A stretch of 64,000 nt of DNA from Callorhinchus milii. Lineage: Eukaryota. Under the pieces are notes generated by a model. The model saw only the letters and a list, made by a program, of their open reading frames with translations, was not told where the DNA came from and searched no databases. Both the position numbers and the translations under genes were made by a program. The stretch is taken from contig NW_024704743.1 in NCBI RefSeq assembly GCF_018977255.1, positions 18,168,001 through 18,232,000 on the forward strand, given 5' to 3'. Each line of letters opens with the position of its first letter. Positions within the stretch are counted from its first letter, which is position 1. This document shows, one piece after another, positions 26,531 through 38,770 of the stretch.

Positions 26531-29485
26531 TATACGTGCGTTTATTTATTTATCAAAATCAGCAGGTTATAATCACCTATCCATCAGTTCAAACATGAAA
26601 GAGTTACTGCAGCGCAATCTACTTAGCACATACTTCTGATCTCCTCCCTAGAGAAATTATAGTTTGGTCTTATTCTCCCAATTAACACCTTCTCACTTTA
26701 GGGAAACTGAGCAGGCTTTATGTAACTTCAGGACAATACGATTGCAAAGATATATTAAAATCTGCTGTAACTTTGTTAGAAGACAAAGGAAGATGATAAT
26801 AGGTGAAGGGAGAGAGCAAGGAATCAGAGCAGAAAGAGCACAGGTTGATGACATCAGTGAGTAAGGGAAACTTGTTTTGGTCAGATGAGTGCTTGCTTAC
26901 AATTATCCCAACCATTAATGCAGTGCTGAGGGTGTGCTGCATTGTTCTAGGTGCTGGTCTTTGAATGAGACGTTAAACCAAGGTCGGATCTGTTTGTTCA
27001 GATGGCTGTTAAATACATTACATGAGAATATACTAGAATATGCAGCACAGAAACAGACCATTCGGCCCAACTGGTTTATGCCTCCACATGAGCCTCCTCC
27101 TGCCCTTCCTCAACTAAGCCTTCAAGCATAACCTTCTATTCCTTTCCCCCTCATGTAACTATTTAGCTTTCCCTTAAATACATCTATGCTATTTGCCTCA
27201 ACAACTCCTTGTGGTAGTATGTTCCACATTCCCACTACTCTCTAACTTACTTCCCTATTTGATCTATTTGTGAGTATTTTATATTGATGGCCTCTGGTTT
27301 TGGTTTCCTCCACAAGTGGAAACATCTTCCCTATGTCTACCCTATCAAAGCCTTTCACCGCTTTGAAGAACTCTTATCGGGTCACCCCTTACCCTCCTCT
27401 TTTCAAGAGCAAAGAGTCCAAGTATGTTCAGCCTTTCCTGATAGGTATAACCTGTCAGATCTGGGATCATCCTTGTGAATCTCCTTTGAACTCTCTCCAG
27501 TGCCTCTATATCCCTTCTATAATGTGGGGACCAGAACTGCACACAGTATTCTAAGTGTGGTCTAACCAAGGTTCTGTAGCAATTTACCATAACTTCCCTG
27601 CTTTTCATTTCTATCCCTCTAGGAATAATAATAATCCTTGCATTTGATACAACGCTTTTCATTAGTCTATTACGTGGTACCTTATCGAACGCCTGTTGGA
27701 AATCTAAATACATTACATTTACCGCATTACCTTTGTCTACTCTTTCTGTTATCCCTTCAAAGAATTCAATGAGGTTGGTCAAGCATGACCTTCCGTTTTG
27801 AAATCCGTGCTGACTTCTTTATTACGTTTTCCTTTTCTAGATGTTTTTAAATATAGGTCTAACATTAGCTATCCTCCAGTCCTCTGGCACTACTCCCTTT
27901 TCTAACGAGTTATTATATATATGTAATAGTGCCTCTGCTATCCCTTCCTTCGATTCTTTTAATATATGCAGATGCAATCCATCTGGACCGGGGATTTTAT
28001 CCTTTCTGAATTTCGTTAGTTTTTCGACTATAAATGTATTTATATTATTTTCGATCTCTTCTTCTACTGTCATGTCCATCTGATCCGTCTTCCTGGTGAA
28101 TACTGAGGCAAAGTAATTATTTCATATTTCTGCCATTTCACTGTCCCAGCCTGTGAGCTTATCTTGTCCACCTCTTAGTGGCCCTATTCGTATTTTTATG
28201 TTATGTCTATAGAATATTTTACTATTTCTTTTATATTCCTTGATAATTTAATAATTCCTCTTTGCCTTCCTAATTATTTTTATGACTATTTTCCTGACCT
28301 CTTCGTATTCTTTTTTGTTATGCTCCCCCTTGTTGTTTACGTACTTAGTGAACACCTCTTTCCTGAGTCTCAACTTTGCCCTTATGTCTTTATTCATCCA
28401 TGGCGTCTCATTATTATTTAGCTTTGTCTTGCTTTTTAGCAGAATATATTTCTCCTGGCCTGTTTTAAATGTTTCCCACTGCTGCTCGATCTCTTTGTTT
28501 GCCAATATTGTTTTCCAGTTTATGTTCCCAAGTTCCATTCTCATCCCCTCAAAATCAGCTTTTTTCCAATCTATTACCCTAGTCAGCGCCTTGGGACGTC
28601 CTCCTGATGTGAAAGGCGCTCTATAAATGCAATCATGTTGTTGTCTTTGTTATGTCCTTCTCAATCTTTATCTTAAACCTTATTAAGATATGATCGCTAT
28701 TGCCTAGATGTTCCCCTACTCGTATTTCTCTCATCTGCTCTGGTTCATTTCCCATTACTAAATCCAGCAGGGATTTCCCCCTTGTTGGGCCGCTTACATA
28801 CTGGGTAAGAAAGGAGTCCTGTACACATTGAAGGAACTCCATTCCCTTAGCCCCTTTACCTACCTCTTCTAGCCAATTTATTTGGTGGTAGTTGAAATCC
28901 CCCATGATTATTACTCTATGTCTTGTCCTCATTTCCCTAATTTGCTTGCATATTTCTTCCTCTACCTCCTGTCCCACTGTTAGGTGGTCTGTAGAATACC
29001 TCTATTTGTGTGATTGATCCCTTCTTATCTTTTATTTCTCTTCACACAGATTCTGCTTCTATCTTACTGTTGGCTATTTTTTCCTTTTTTCGACTGCCAT
29101 GATGTTATCCCTAATGAGTACAGCTAGTCCACTGTCCTGTTTTCCATCTCTATCCTTTCTAAATACGTTATACCCTGCGATGTTTAATTGCCAGTCCTGT
29201 TCTTTTTGTAGCCACGTTTCAGTAATCCCAATTATATCTGATTCCTCACTACGAATTATTGCCTCTGGTTCTCCTGTTTTTTTTACTGTACACAGTTTAC
29301 TTTACTTTTATTAATTGTTCCTATCATTTTATTTTTGAGTCTTTTCACACTTCTGTTCTATAATTGTATTAATTCCCTGACCATTTATATTCTCCTTATT
29401 TCTTACTTTTGTCTGGCTTGAGTCATTTCCTTCTGATCCCTCCCCCCCTTTACTAGTTTAAAGCCTTTCCACAGCCCTATTTACC

Positions 29486-29737
29486 AGGCAGGGTGAAACC
29501 TTGGGCAAGTTTCCTTACTCCAATCGCCTGATAATAATCCCTCCAAAAAACAAAACAATAATAAATTGATCATTTTCAATCCACGACTGTTTGTGGGACA
29601 CTGCTGTGCGCAATTGGCTGCCGCATGTCACTCACAAATATACGGTCAATTCACTTCGCAGCATATTCTGTGAGGCGCTTTGAGATGTCTAGATTACGTG
29701 AAAAGTGCTATATCAAATGCAAGAATTATTATTATTG
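29486..29737 (+). mobile_element. 5'-truncated tRNA SINE nested in CR1 ORF1
   Basis: TSD TTACC at 29481-29485 and 29738-29742. Confidence 0.85.
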
Positions 29738-30124
29738 TTACCCTTCCCACTAGGTCATTGGTCCCCTTCCATTTCAGGTGGAGCCCGTCCCATTTCAGCT
29801 CCTTCCTGTCCTAGTATTGGTGCCAGTGTCCCATGAAGTGGAACCCTTCTTTCCAACACAAATCATTTAGCCATGTATTAACGTTCCTAATCTGTTTCTC
29901 CCTATTCCAATTTGCACATGGCTCGGATAACAATCCAGAGGTTATTACCCTCGAGGTCTTGTCTTTTCATTTAGCGCCTGACTCCTGAAACTTCCTCTGC
30001 AGAATCTCCTCCGTTTTTTCCTATGTCATTTGTCCCAACATGGACCACGACAACTGGATCTGCCCCCTCCCTTTCCAAATTCCTCTTCAGCTGCTTCGAG
30101 GTGTCCTTACCTTGGCACCAGGTA

Positions 30125-30481
30125 CAATAACAACAAGATTCCATTTATAGAGCGCCTTTCACGTTGGGAGGATGTCCCAAGGCGCTGGACAATTGGGTCA
30201 GGACCCAAGCAGGGGGGAAATGGTCAGGGGGAGGGGAGGGAAGGGAGGGAGCGAGAGGGGGTAGAGTCGAGAGGGGAGCTGAAGGCACGGTCAAAGAAAA
30301 AGGTCTTGAGACCGGCCTTGAAGGAGGAAAGGGAGAAAGCAAGGTGAAGGCACTGGGGGATCGAGTTCCAGAGCCTAGGGGCTAAGAGGCTGAAGGCCCG
30401 GCCACCGATGGTAGGGCGGTTGGGGCGGGGGATGTGGAGCAGACTTGAGCCAGAGGAACGGAGGGTACGGGCAGGTAAGTA
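30125..30481 (-). mobile_element. L2 3' end nested in CR1 ORF1
   Basis: Closely similar to the 31.5 kb copy; flanked by AGGTA at 30120-30124 and 30482-30486. Confidence 0.88.
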
Positions 30482-31519
30482 AGGTAGGCATCACACCTTT
30501 CGGGACTCTTGTTCTTGGGTACAGAGGATGCCATCTATTCCCCTAAAAATTGAATCCCCAATCACAACTACATTTCTAACCTGCTCTTCCCTGCTTCGGA
30601 CAGCCTTCTGCTCCACTGTGCCTTGGTCTGCATTGTGGCTCTCCTCCACACAGTCATTCTCCTTGTGCTCACAGGAATCGAGTACCTCATATCTGTTGGA
30701 CAGGACCAGTGTCTGAAGGACCTCCTTCTCTTCCTTTCCTAGGTTCCCATTACTCTGCTCACTAACAGTAGCACCCTCCCCTTCCTGTACCTGTGCTTGA
30801 GAATCCCAGAGTGTATATTGGAGAACTGCTAGAATTTAACCATCTGAAAGTGCATTTCTTGCCTTTGAGAGCGCTATTGCTTGTCCAGCTAGGGCCACCC
30901 AACCTGTTAGGCCGATGTCTTACAGGGTTAACAGGAGACATGTGGGAAGAATTCCTGCCTCCAGTGACTGGTCTCACCCACCCCCAAATCCTGTTGAAAT
31001 GCCAGGCTGACTGTTCTGTCATCAGCTGTACCTTGGAGTATTGCACACTCAGGAACAGGACGACAAAGACTGCCACAGAGGATTGATTCGTTTCCAACCA
31101 AGTAATGTACAGATAATTTTCTTCTCCGTAGATCTTTTCAGTAGGTGGGAACTCAGATTGTAGAATTCTAGTTACCATTTGCAGACATGACTCCAACCTG
31201 CTGAACAATGTAATTGATGGAGTAAGCCAATAAAATAATCTTCCTAAAGTTTGGCCAAACAGCCATTGGCCCTCTGAATAGAACAATGGAGTTTTAAATA
31301 GCTGGATTTCTAATAATATCCTATCCCTTACTTAAGAAATGTTAAAAACACATTTGGAAATATCCTCTACCTCAAGCTTCTGAATAATCTATCAACCTCA
31401 CTCTTGACGGAGTGGATGGATCCACACATACATGTATGAAACTCTCACGTTAGGTTAAGAGTAGTGATGGGCTTCCGTAAGTGCCAGACAACTGACTGAC
31501 CAAAAAAATTGATGTCCTC

Positions 31520-32297
31520 ACACCTCAAGGCTGGACTATGGGAACTCTCTCCTCGCCGGCCTTCCCGGCACCTCCCTCCACAAGCTGCAGGTCATTCAGA
31601 ACTCTGCAGCTCGTGTACTGTCCCGCACCAGGCTTCGGGACCACATCACTCCCACCCTCGCTCGCCTCCACTGGCTCCCCATCCCCCAGAGGATTGATTT
31701 CAAGATCCTCATCCTCACCTACAAGGCCATCCACGGCCTCGCTCCCTCCTACCTCTCTGACCTACTATCCCCCTACCTACCTGCCCGTACCCTCCGTTCC
31801 TCCGGCTCCAGTCTGCTCCACGTCCCCCGCCCCAATCGCCCTACCATCGGTGGCCGGGTCTTCAGCCTCTCAGCCCCCAGGCTCTGGAACTCTATCCCCC
31901 AGTGCCTTCGCCTTGCTTCCTCCCTCTCCTCTTTCAAGGCCGGTCTCAAAACCTTTCTCTTTGACCGAGCCTTCAGCTCCCCTCTCGACTCTCTTCCCCC
32001 TCCTCGCTCCCTCCCTTCCCTCCCCTCACCCTGACCATTTCCCCCCTCCTCGCTCCCTCCCTTCACCCTGACCATTTCCCCCTCCTCGCTCCCTCCCCTC
32101 ACCCTGACCATTTCCCCCTCCTCGCTCCCTCCCTTCCCTCCCCTCACCCTGACCATTTCCCCCTCCTCGCTCCCTCCCTTCCCTCCCCTCCCCTGACCAT
32201 TTCCCCCCTGCTCGGGTCATGACCCAACTGTGCAGCGCCTTGGGACGTCCTCCTGACATGAAAGGCGCTTCATAAATGGAATCTTGTTGTTGTTGTT
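31520..32297 (+). mobile_element. Young L2 LINE 3' part with tandemly repeated 3' UTR
   Basis: Uninterrupted frame [14 protein letters not shown]...[15 protein letters not shown]...[10 protein letters not shown], then tandem CCCTGACCATTTCCCCCTCCTCGCTCCC units, a stem-loop and a (TTG)n tail. Confidence 0.92.
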
Positions 32298-33064
32298 GCC
32301 CAAGCAATTTCCTCCACACTTCCAATCTGATCTATCACTCATAGGGACAGGCAAAAAGATGGGTTGTTAAGATTGGTTTTGAAAGAAGAGAGGGAGGGGA
32401 AGAGGAGGTGTGATTTTGGAAGAGTTCCAGAGAACAGGGCAAAGTGATTGAAAGTTCACCCATCAACTATAGGGCAGAACCATAATGGGACACGAAGCAT
32501 GCCGCAGATAGCAGAGTGGATGGAATGTGGTGTTGGCGGGGGAAGAGTTGAGTTAAGTGAGATCAGAGGGCAAGCCCACAGAGGCATTTGGAGGAAAGGA
32601 TAATGATGTTAAGGTTGATTCAATGAGGGAAATAGGAAACCAGAGGAGCCAGCCAAATATGGGGTGATGAGTTTGTGAAGCCTGGTGTAGGAGAAGATAG
32701 AGTGATGTCGTTGGCAAGAGATGTAGCTGTGGAGGTCAGCAAGCAAGGCACTGGAAATGTTGAGTCTTGAGGAGACAAAGGTGTGCATCGCTAGCTTTGC
32801 GATTTGGAGAGAGCAACTGGGGAGGTCAATATGATTGGCACCCGAGTTGAGGAAGCAAGGAGTCAAGCAGGAAAGTTTCAGTTATGTTGTTGAGTCAGAG
32901 AACTTCAAGGTTCATCGAGGACTTAATGTTCTGACAGAATTCCTAGAGATAAGGGTGGAGATAGCAATGTAAATGCAGGCAATATTAGGCGTACATCTTG
33001 AAATGGACTGCAGATAACATCACATTGGAGAGCACGAAATGAGGAAAAGCAGAGGATTAAGAAC

Positions 33065-33362
33065 CATCCTTTGGATGAGACATTAAACTGAGGTCCCATC
33101 TACCTCTTTAGGTGGATGTTAAAGATCCCATGGCACTATTCAAAAATGAAGGGAGTTTCTCCTGGTGCCCTGGCCAACAAACCCCCAAATAAAATTGGTC
33201 ACTGACTCCTTGGCTGTTTGTGGGATATTGATGTACACAACAGGTTGCCGTGTTTCACCCACAAAATACACATTTAATCCACTTTACAGTATATCCTGTG
33301 AAACGCTTTGAGATGTCTCAACGACGTGATAAGGCGCTATATCAAATGCAAGAAATATTATT
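33065..33362 (+). mobile_element. DeuSINE (SacSINE1-like), 3' half
   Basis: Deu-domain signature TTTGGATGAGACATTAAACTGAGG...AAAGATCCCATGGCACTATT...CCTGGCCAAC; family name recalled, not searched. Confidence 0.75.
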
Positions 33363-33926
33363 GATAGAGCCCTGTGGAATGCCAAACTTGACCATGCAAA
33401 CATCATAGGCAAAGCTGTAAGAATAGAGACAATGCTGGGACAGGTAGGAGTAAAACCAGGAAAGTGCAGAGCCTTGTTGATTTACCAGGTAGGAGAAATA
33501 ATAGATGAGGATGAAGTGGTCATCCCTGTTAAAAACAGCAGAGATCGAGGAGGACCAGAGGGCACCAAGAGCCATGGTTGCAGGTGGAGAGGTTATCAAT
33601 TGTGCCTTTGACCAAGGCTGTCTTGGTGCTGGGATGGGGGCAGAAGCCAGGACTCATACAAAGAGTGTTGGAAGAGGAAAGAGCAAAGCTGGAATACATC
33701 GGCAAGTTCCAGCACTTTGGACAAGGGTAGATTGGAGCTAGAGAGTTTGGAGTGGTAAAGATTTTTTTTATTTTTTAAGATAGGATAATGATGGGGAGAT
33801 GAAGATGTCAGCTGGGGTGGAGGGAAGGGGAAGAGAAGCAGATGCGGGATAGAATATGTGAGAATGGGGTCAAGGCGATAGGTGTCATGTGAGAGTTGAG
33901 AGAGATGTTTACCTAGTGATCCTTAT

Positions 33927-34052
33927 GCCATGTATCAAAATAAAGAGGCTAGAGCCAATCATGTGGCACGAGAAACCGCAGCCAGCTTGGACAAAAGTAG
34001 GAACAGACTTGTTTTATTACGAAAAAAACTATCTAGTAGTTGTGGATTACAT
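33927..34052 (+). mobile_element. Ty3/Gypsy integrase relic
   Basis: Encodes EPIMWHEKPQPAWTKVGTDLFYYEKNYLVVVDY, the PWxKVGxDLF...YLVVVDY start of a Gypsy integrase core. Confidence 0.7.
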
Positions 34053-34590
34053 ATGCTGTTATTTTCCCTTTCATACAGCCTGGTGATACCACCGATTCAC
34101 TTAACCTCTGTTTCTTCTCTATCTATTTTTTCACTATTTTCTCTACCATCCTATTGCTCTGTGGATATCCCAGGGATGCTGTTCTGTGCTGGATCCCTCA
34201 ATCCTTCGTAAAGTTCCTATATTCTTTGTTTACAAATTATAGCCCATTGTCACTGATCACTATTTCTGGTATTCCATACCTTGCAAAAATCTCCTGTGAT
34301 TTTTTGTTTTTACTGATTTTGTTGTCATATCTGGTAGTTCAAAAAACTCAAAATAACACAATTCCTGATTTAGCGGGGAAGAGGGCGTGTTGTGAAATTT
34401 GATAGACACATTGAAGTCATGACGAGTGAAGGGCTGGGGTGGGTTGGGGGGGGAAAGAGTTTGAAGTTCTACAATTGGCCCCAGGCCCATCTTTTGTAAG
34501 CTGGAACAGAAAATTGGTTCGGGAGCTTCTAAGGTGGACTGTAGATTGAAACTGGTTTCATGAGAGTTACGATCTTGGAAGCTCACTTAC

Positions 34591-34641
34591 CTGTCAACTT
34601 GTTGTGACTCAGCACCAACTGGGCGATGTTGGAGAGGCTGA
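34591..34641 (-). CDS. RSU1: RSU1 coding exon 2 (51 bp)
   Basis: Encodes (F)SLSNIAQLVLSHNKLT, an LRR. CAG acceptor 34644-34642, GTAAGT donor; phases match neighbours. Absent from the ORF track. Confidence 0.95.
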
Positions 34642-35499
34642 CTGCAAACAAAAAAAGGCAACGTGAGTGGAAATTAACAATCTCAATCATCCCTAAACAG
34701 AACCAATCTTAATGGAAGTGATAACCTACACCTACATTCCCTGTATTAATTCAAACCTATTGTTAATACATTTCAATTTAAAAGATTTTATGAGAATATT
34801 CGAAAAGTGAAGGGGAATTTGTGGGACATTACTGTACCAATGAGTTGCCACTTTTGCTTAGAAATACACAATGAAGTCACTTTCAGATGTCTAGATCACA
34901 TAAGGCGCTATACTGAATGCAGTAACTAAACCAAACTGAGATTTCCATGCATCCCACCTGTGCATGGATATTCCAGAGATATTTACTGGAATGGAATGCA
35001 CACTTTCTCCGTGGAGTGACGCATCTTGCTTACCTAATTAATGAAATTATTAGGCATACATGGCTCAAGAGCCAAAACTTTAGCTGGTTAGACTTCTGCT
35101 GGAGTCCATCCAGCTAAAACTGCATAGCTTGCCATTGAGAACATTACTTGGCAAGTTTTCCCACTGCTTGTCCAGCTCAGACCACTCCACCCCAGAGCTT
35201 TGGCTGGCAGGGTTAACAGATCAGTGGGATGACTCCCTGCCCTCACTGACTGGTCGGCCCGTCCAGGTCCTGCTGATGAGCCAGGCTGACTGGGCTGTCA
35301 TCACCAGTGCCCTGAAATGCTGCAGAGCCATCTGGCTCAGGAATGGATTTTCACACAATTAACCCAGAGTCTTATTGTATCAACACATAACTATACTTTC
35401 ATCATGCAATAGTGAATCTCAATTGGTGAAATCTCTTCAGCTGTGAGAAATTCTATGAATGTTCTCTACTTAAATGTTTTCGCTCCTGCGGATCTAAAA

Positions 35500-36160
35500 C
35501 CCTCAACCTCGCTGGCTCACCGAACCAGTGCACAATCTAGGCGTCCGGTTTGAGCCCCAGCTGTCCTTTCACCCCCACATCCACGCCATGACTGGCACTG
35601 CCTACCACCACCTCTGCAACATTGCCACTGTCTCACCCCTCAGGTTACCGAAATCCTTACCCACGCATTCGTCACATCAAGGCTCGATTACGGAAACTCC
35701 CTCCTCATTGGCCTTGTCAACTCTTCCCTTCACAAGTTGCGGATCATCCAAAACTCTGCAGCTCATGTACTCTTGAGCACCAGGCTCCGTGACCCCATTA
35801 CTCCCACCCTCACCCAACTTCACGGGCTCCCCATCCCTCAGAGGATCGAATTCAAGATCCTCGTCCTCACTTTCAAGGCCTTACCCCCTCCTAATTCTCT
35901 GACCTGCTGACTCCCTACCAACTTTCCCGCTCCCTGCTTTCAGCGGTCTCCGGTCTGCTCCATGTCTCCCGCCCGACCTACTCTACCATCGTTGGCTGGG
36001 CTTTCAGCCTCTCTGCCCACACACCCTGGAACTCCATCCCATAGTCCCTTCGCCTCGCTTCTTCCCTTGCCTCCTTCAAGGCCGGTCTAAAGACCCTTCT
36101 CTTCGTTCGTGCCTTTGGTTGCCCTCCCACCTCTCTGCCTCCCTTCACCCTGATCCCTAC
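35500..36160 (+). mobile_element. L2 LINE fragment
   Basis: HNLGVRFEPQLSFHPHI and further L2 ORF2 C-terminal sequence with frameshifts. Confidence 0.85.
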
Positions 36161-36195
36161 ATCCTCTCGATATAATAGGTACAATATATACATTA

Positions 36196-37107
36196 AGTAA
36201 ACTCCTGATAACATTCATCACTCAAAGGGAAAAGTGCTCAGTACAATTTGGTGTGGCGAGTTAGGCATAGGTCCTCCAGGGCCACAAGAGGGTGTTGTGA
36301 TCACTAATGCACACTGCACCCATGTAGAGCGAGCAGCTGTCAGTATGATGGGACAACCCCGGTCCCTTTGACTGTCAGTTTGTTAAAACTTGTTAAGCAT
36401 ATCTATAGGAATATACTTGACATGGACTCCTGTAGCTCAATGATTAGAGCACTCGCCTTGCAAACGAGAGGATCTGGGTTCGAATCCCAGGCAGGACAAA
36501 ACGTTGGGCAAGTTTCCTTACTCCACATGCCTCTTTATACCTAGCAGTAAGTAGGTTGTTGGTTGATTGGCGGATTGCTCTTCTGGGGGTAATAATCCAC
36601 TCAAAAAAAAACTCAATCCACGATTGCTTGTGGGTCGCTGCTGTGGGCAATTGGCTGCTGCGTTTCACTCACAAGATACAGTTAATTCACTTTACAATAT
36701 AATCTATGAAGCGCTTTGAGACATTTCGAAGATGTGAAAAGATGCTAGATCAAATGCAAAGATTATTATGCGCTTATTAATGTACTTTTTTGTTGTTTCC
36801 TTATTGTTTATTTCTGTTACTGTATTGGAAACTCCACTTCTCGGGAGATGCACTATAGTGTATTATATAACAAAGATACTGCATTTCCAGGTTATATGTG
36901 AAAACTAAATATTTTTCTGTTCGCTTCAGGTCATGGATCGATTTTACATTGTGTTATTACGAGAATTTCTAGAATGCGACTATTTACGGGTTAACCAGTG
37001 ACAAGCAAACCTTATTAATATTTTGCATGGGAAACAAACTGGATATTGACAGCATGGCCACTTAGGTGACAGTGACAAGTTAAGCCAGAGTTATCAGGAG
37101 TTTACTG
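36196..37107. mobile_element. Tigger/pogo-like non-autonomous DNA transposon containing a SINE
   Basis: Perfect 17-bp inverted repeats AGTAAACTCCTGATAAC at 36196-36212 and 37090-37106; TA flanks; related left end at 51210. Confidence 0.7.
36424..36770 (+). mobile_element. tRNA-derived SINE (long form)
   Basis: Head, long internal segment and tail all present. Confidence 0.85.
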
Positions 37108-38459
37108 TAAATTTGTATGGAAATACAATACAAGTGCAATGGTGTGTCAGCCTGACTCAGCAACAGTTATGACACAAATATGTTGTACATATGATTTGCA
37201 CACAAGGTTCACCCACAAAATGCACAGTCAATCCCTTTTACAATATATTCTGTGAAGCGCTTTGAGACATCTCAACAACGTAATAAGGCGCTATATCTAT
37301 ACACCAAATGCAAGGCTTATTATTATTATATTATTAGTGTGTGAAATTACTTAAAGAAGTGATTGGAGGTCATTTCTGGAATTTATTCTCACAGCTGAAG
37401 GGATTTCGCCAATCACTACTGCATGATAAAAGTGTAGTTGTGTTGATATGTAAGACGCTGGGTGAATCAAACGCATCATTTGAAGTTTATAAAAGATTTA
37501 CAGCCAAATCTTTACAGAAGAATCTTTTTTACAAAGACGTTAGATCAGTCATGAAAACTGGGGATCAAAGATTCATAAACAATTTACTGCATTTCCATTT
37601 ACAACAACTTGAATTTGATTAGTACCCTTTGCGCGGGATAGCATTTCAGAACCCTGAAGATTTATACTTTCCAAAAGGATTTTAGCTGTTGATCTGAAAT
37701 ACAAATCTTTTGTACAATGTTTCACAATTGAACCCGTCCTTCGGATGCAATGTTAAATTGAGACCATGTCTGCTTATGGTGGATTTTTTTTAAAAGAGAA
37801 GTTTCTCCCGGTGTCCTGGCCTACAATCCCCCCAATAAAATTGGTCATTAATTTCATGACTGTTTGTGGCACATTGCTGTGCGCAACTACACTACCGCGT
37901 TCGCCCACAAAACACTCTGTCACTACACTTCACAATATGTCCTGTTAAACCCAAGATGCTTTACCAAATGCAAGGACTATCATTATTATTTTATTATCAT
38001 CATCAGATCCATACTGTATGTTAAGCATCAAATAAACAGTTCTGAATGGGAACTAAGAGAGTATAAACAGGGTCCTGGGCAGATTCCAACTACAGATATT
38101 TTTGCCCCAGAATTTGCCATCAAAATTAAAATTTTTGAATAACAGTTCAGCTGAAAAGTTAATAATAATATTTGATTTGATACATGGCCTTATCACGTTG
38201 TTGAGATGTCTCAAGGCGCTTCACAGAATAAAGTAGATTAACTATTTATTTACGAGTTAAACAAAAATGCTTCATCAGTGGGTTCACTTACCAATAGTGA
38301 CTTTACAGTGAATCCTGTGAAACGCTTTGCTACATTTCAACACAATAAGGCAGTCATTGCATCAAATCCAAGTTTTATTGGATTATATCAGGCCAAACAG
38401 TCACTACACATTGTAGTATATCGTGTGAAGCACTTCCAAGAATTCCAACGATATATCAC

Positions 38460-38650
38460 ATAATAATAATCTTTGCATTTGATATAGCGCCTTATCGCGT
38501 CCTTGAGACATCTCAAAAGCGCTTCACAGAATAAATATACCGCGAAGTGAACTGACTGGATATTTTTGTGGGCAAAAGGCGGCAACCAATCGCTCACAGC
38601 AGCGTCCCGCAGACGATCGCGGAGCGAGTGACCAAATTATTATTATTATC
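38460..38650 (-). mobile_element. SINE 3' half, CpG-rich variant
   Basis: Aligns by eye to the family tail; lies about 120 bp from RSU1 coding exon 1. Confidence 0.8.
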
Positions 38651-38770
38651 ATTCCATTTAAAAAAAATGCAAGTTTTATTAAGACGGCACGAAACCGGCT
38701 GAAGACCAGAGAGGTGGGGGGGGGGGCGGGCGGGCGGGAGAGGGGGGGGGGTCCCACGCGGAGCACTTAC

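Larger units (their letters stand above)
27020..30770 (-). mobile_element. CR1 LINE with ORF1 and ORF2 remnants, internally deleted, four nested insertions
   Basis: ORF1 SGNH-esterase motifs VIGDSI, VVVHVGTND, DGLHL; endonuclease motifs MGDFN, LLDLV, NSDH; RT motifs YLDFQQAFDKVP and HLEYCVQFWSP. Confidence 0.92.

Noticed and set aside
27345..27782. 145-aa RT-like ORF as a domesticated gene
   Set aside because: It is a chimera of deleted CR1 and SINE tail and lacks the catalytic YADD motif.
30762..31286. 174-aa minus-strand ORF
   Set aside because: No recognisable domain; it overlaps a dispersed repeat within an RSU1 intron.
31995..32210. Tandem repeats as a CRISPR-like array
   Set aside because: There are no unique spacers; this is a low-complexity L2 3' UTR in a vertebrate genome.
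35275..35295. CTGATGA-GCC-A-GGC as a second hammerhead; also CTGATGA near 12340 and 62848 on the minus strand
   Set aside because: No GAAA box follows helix II.
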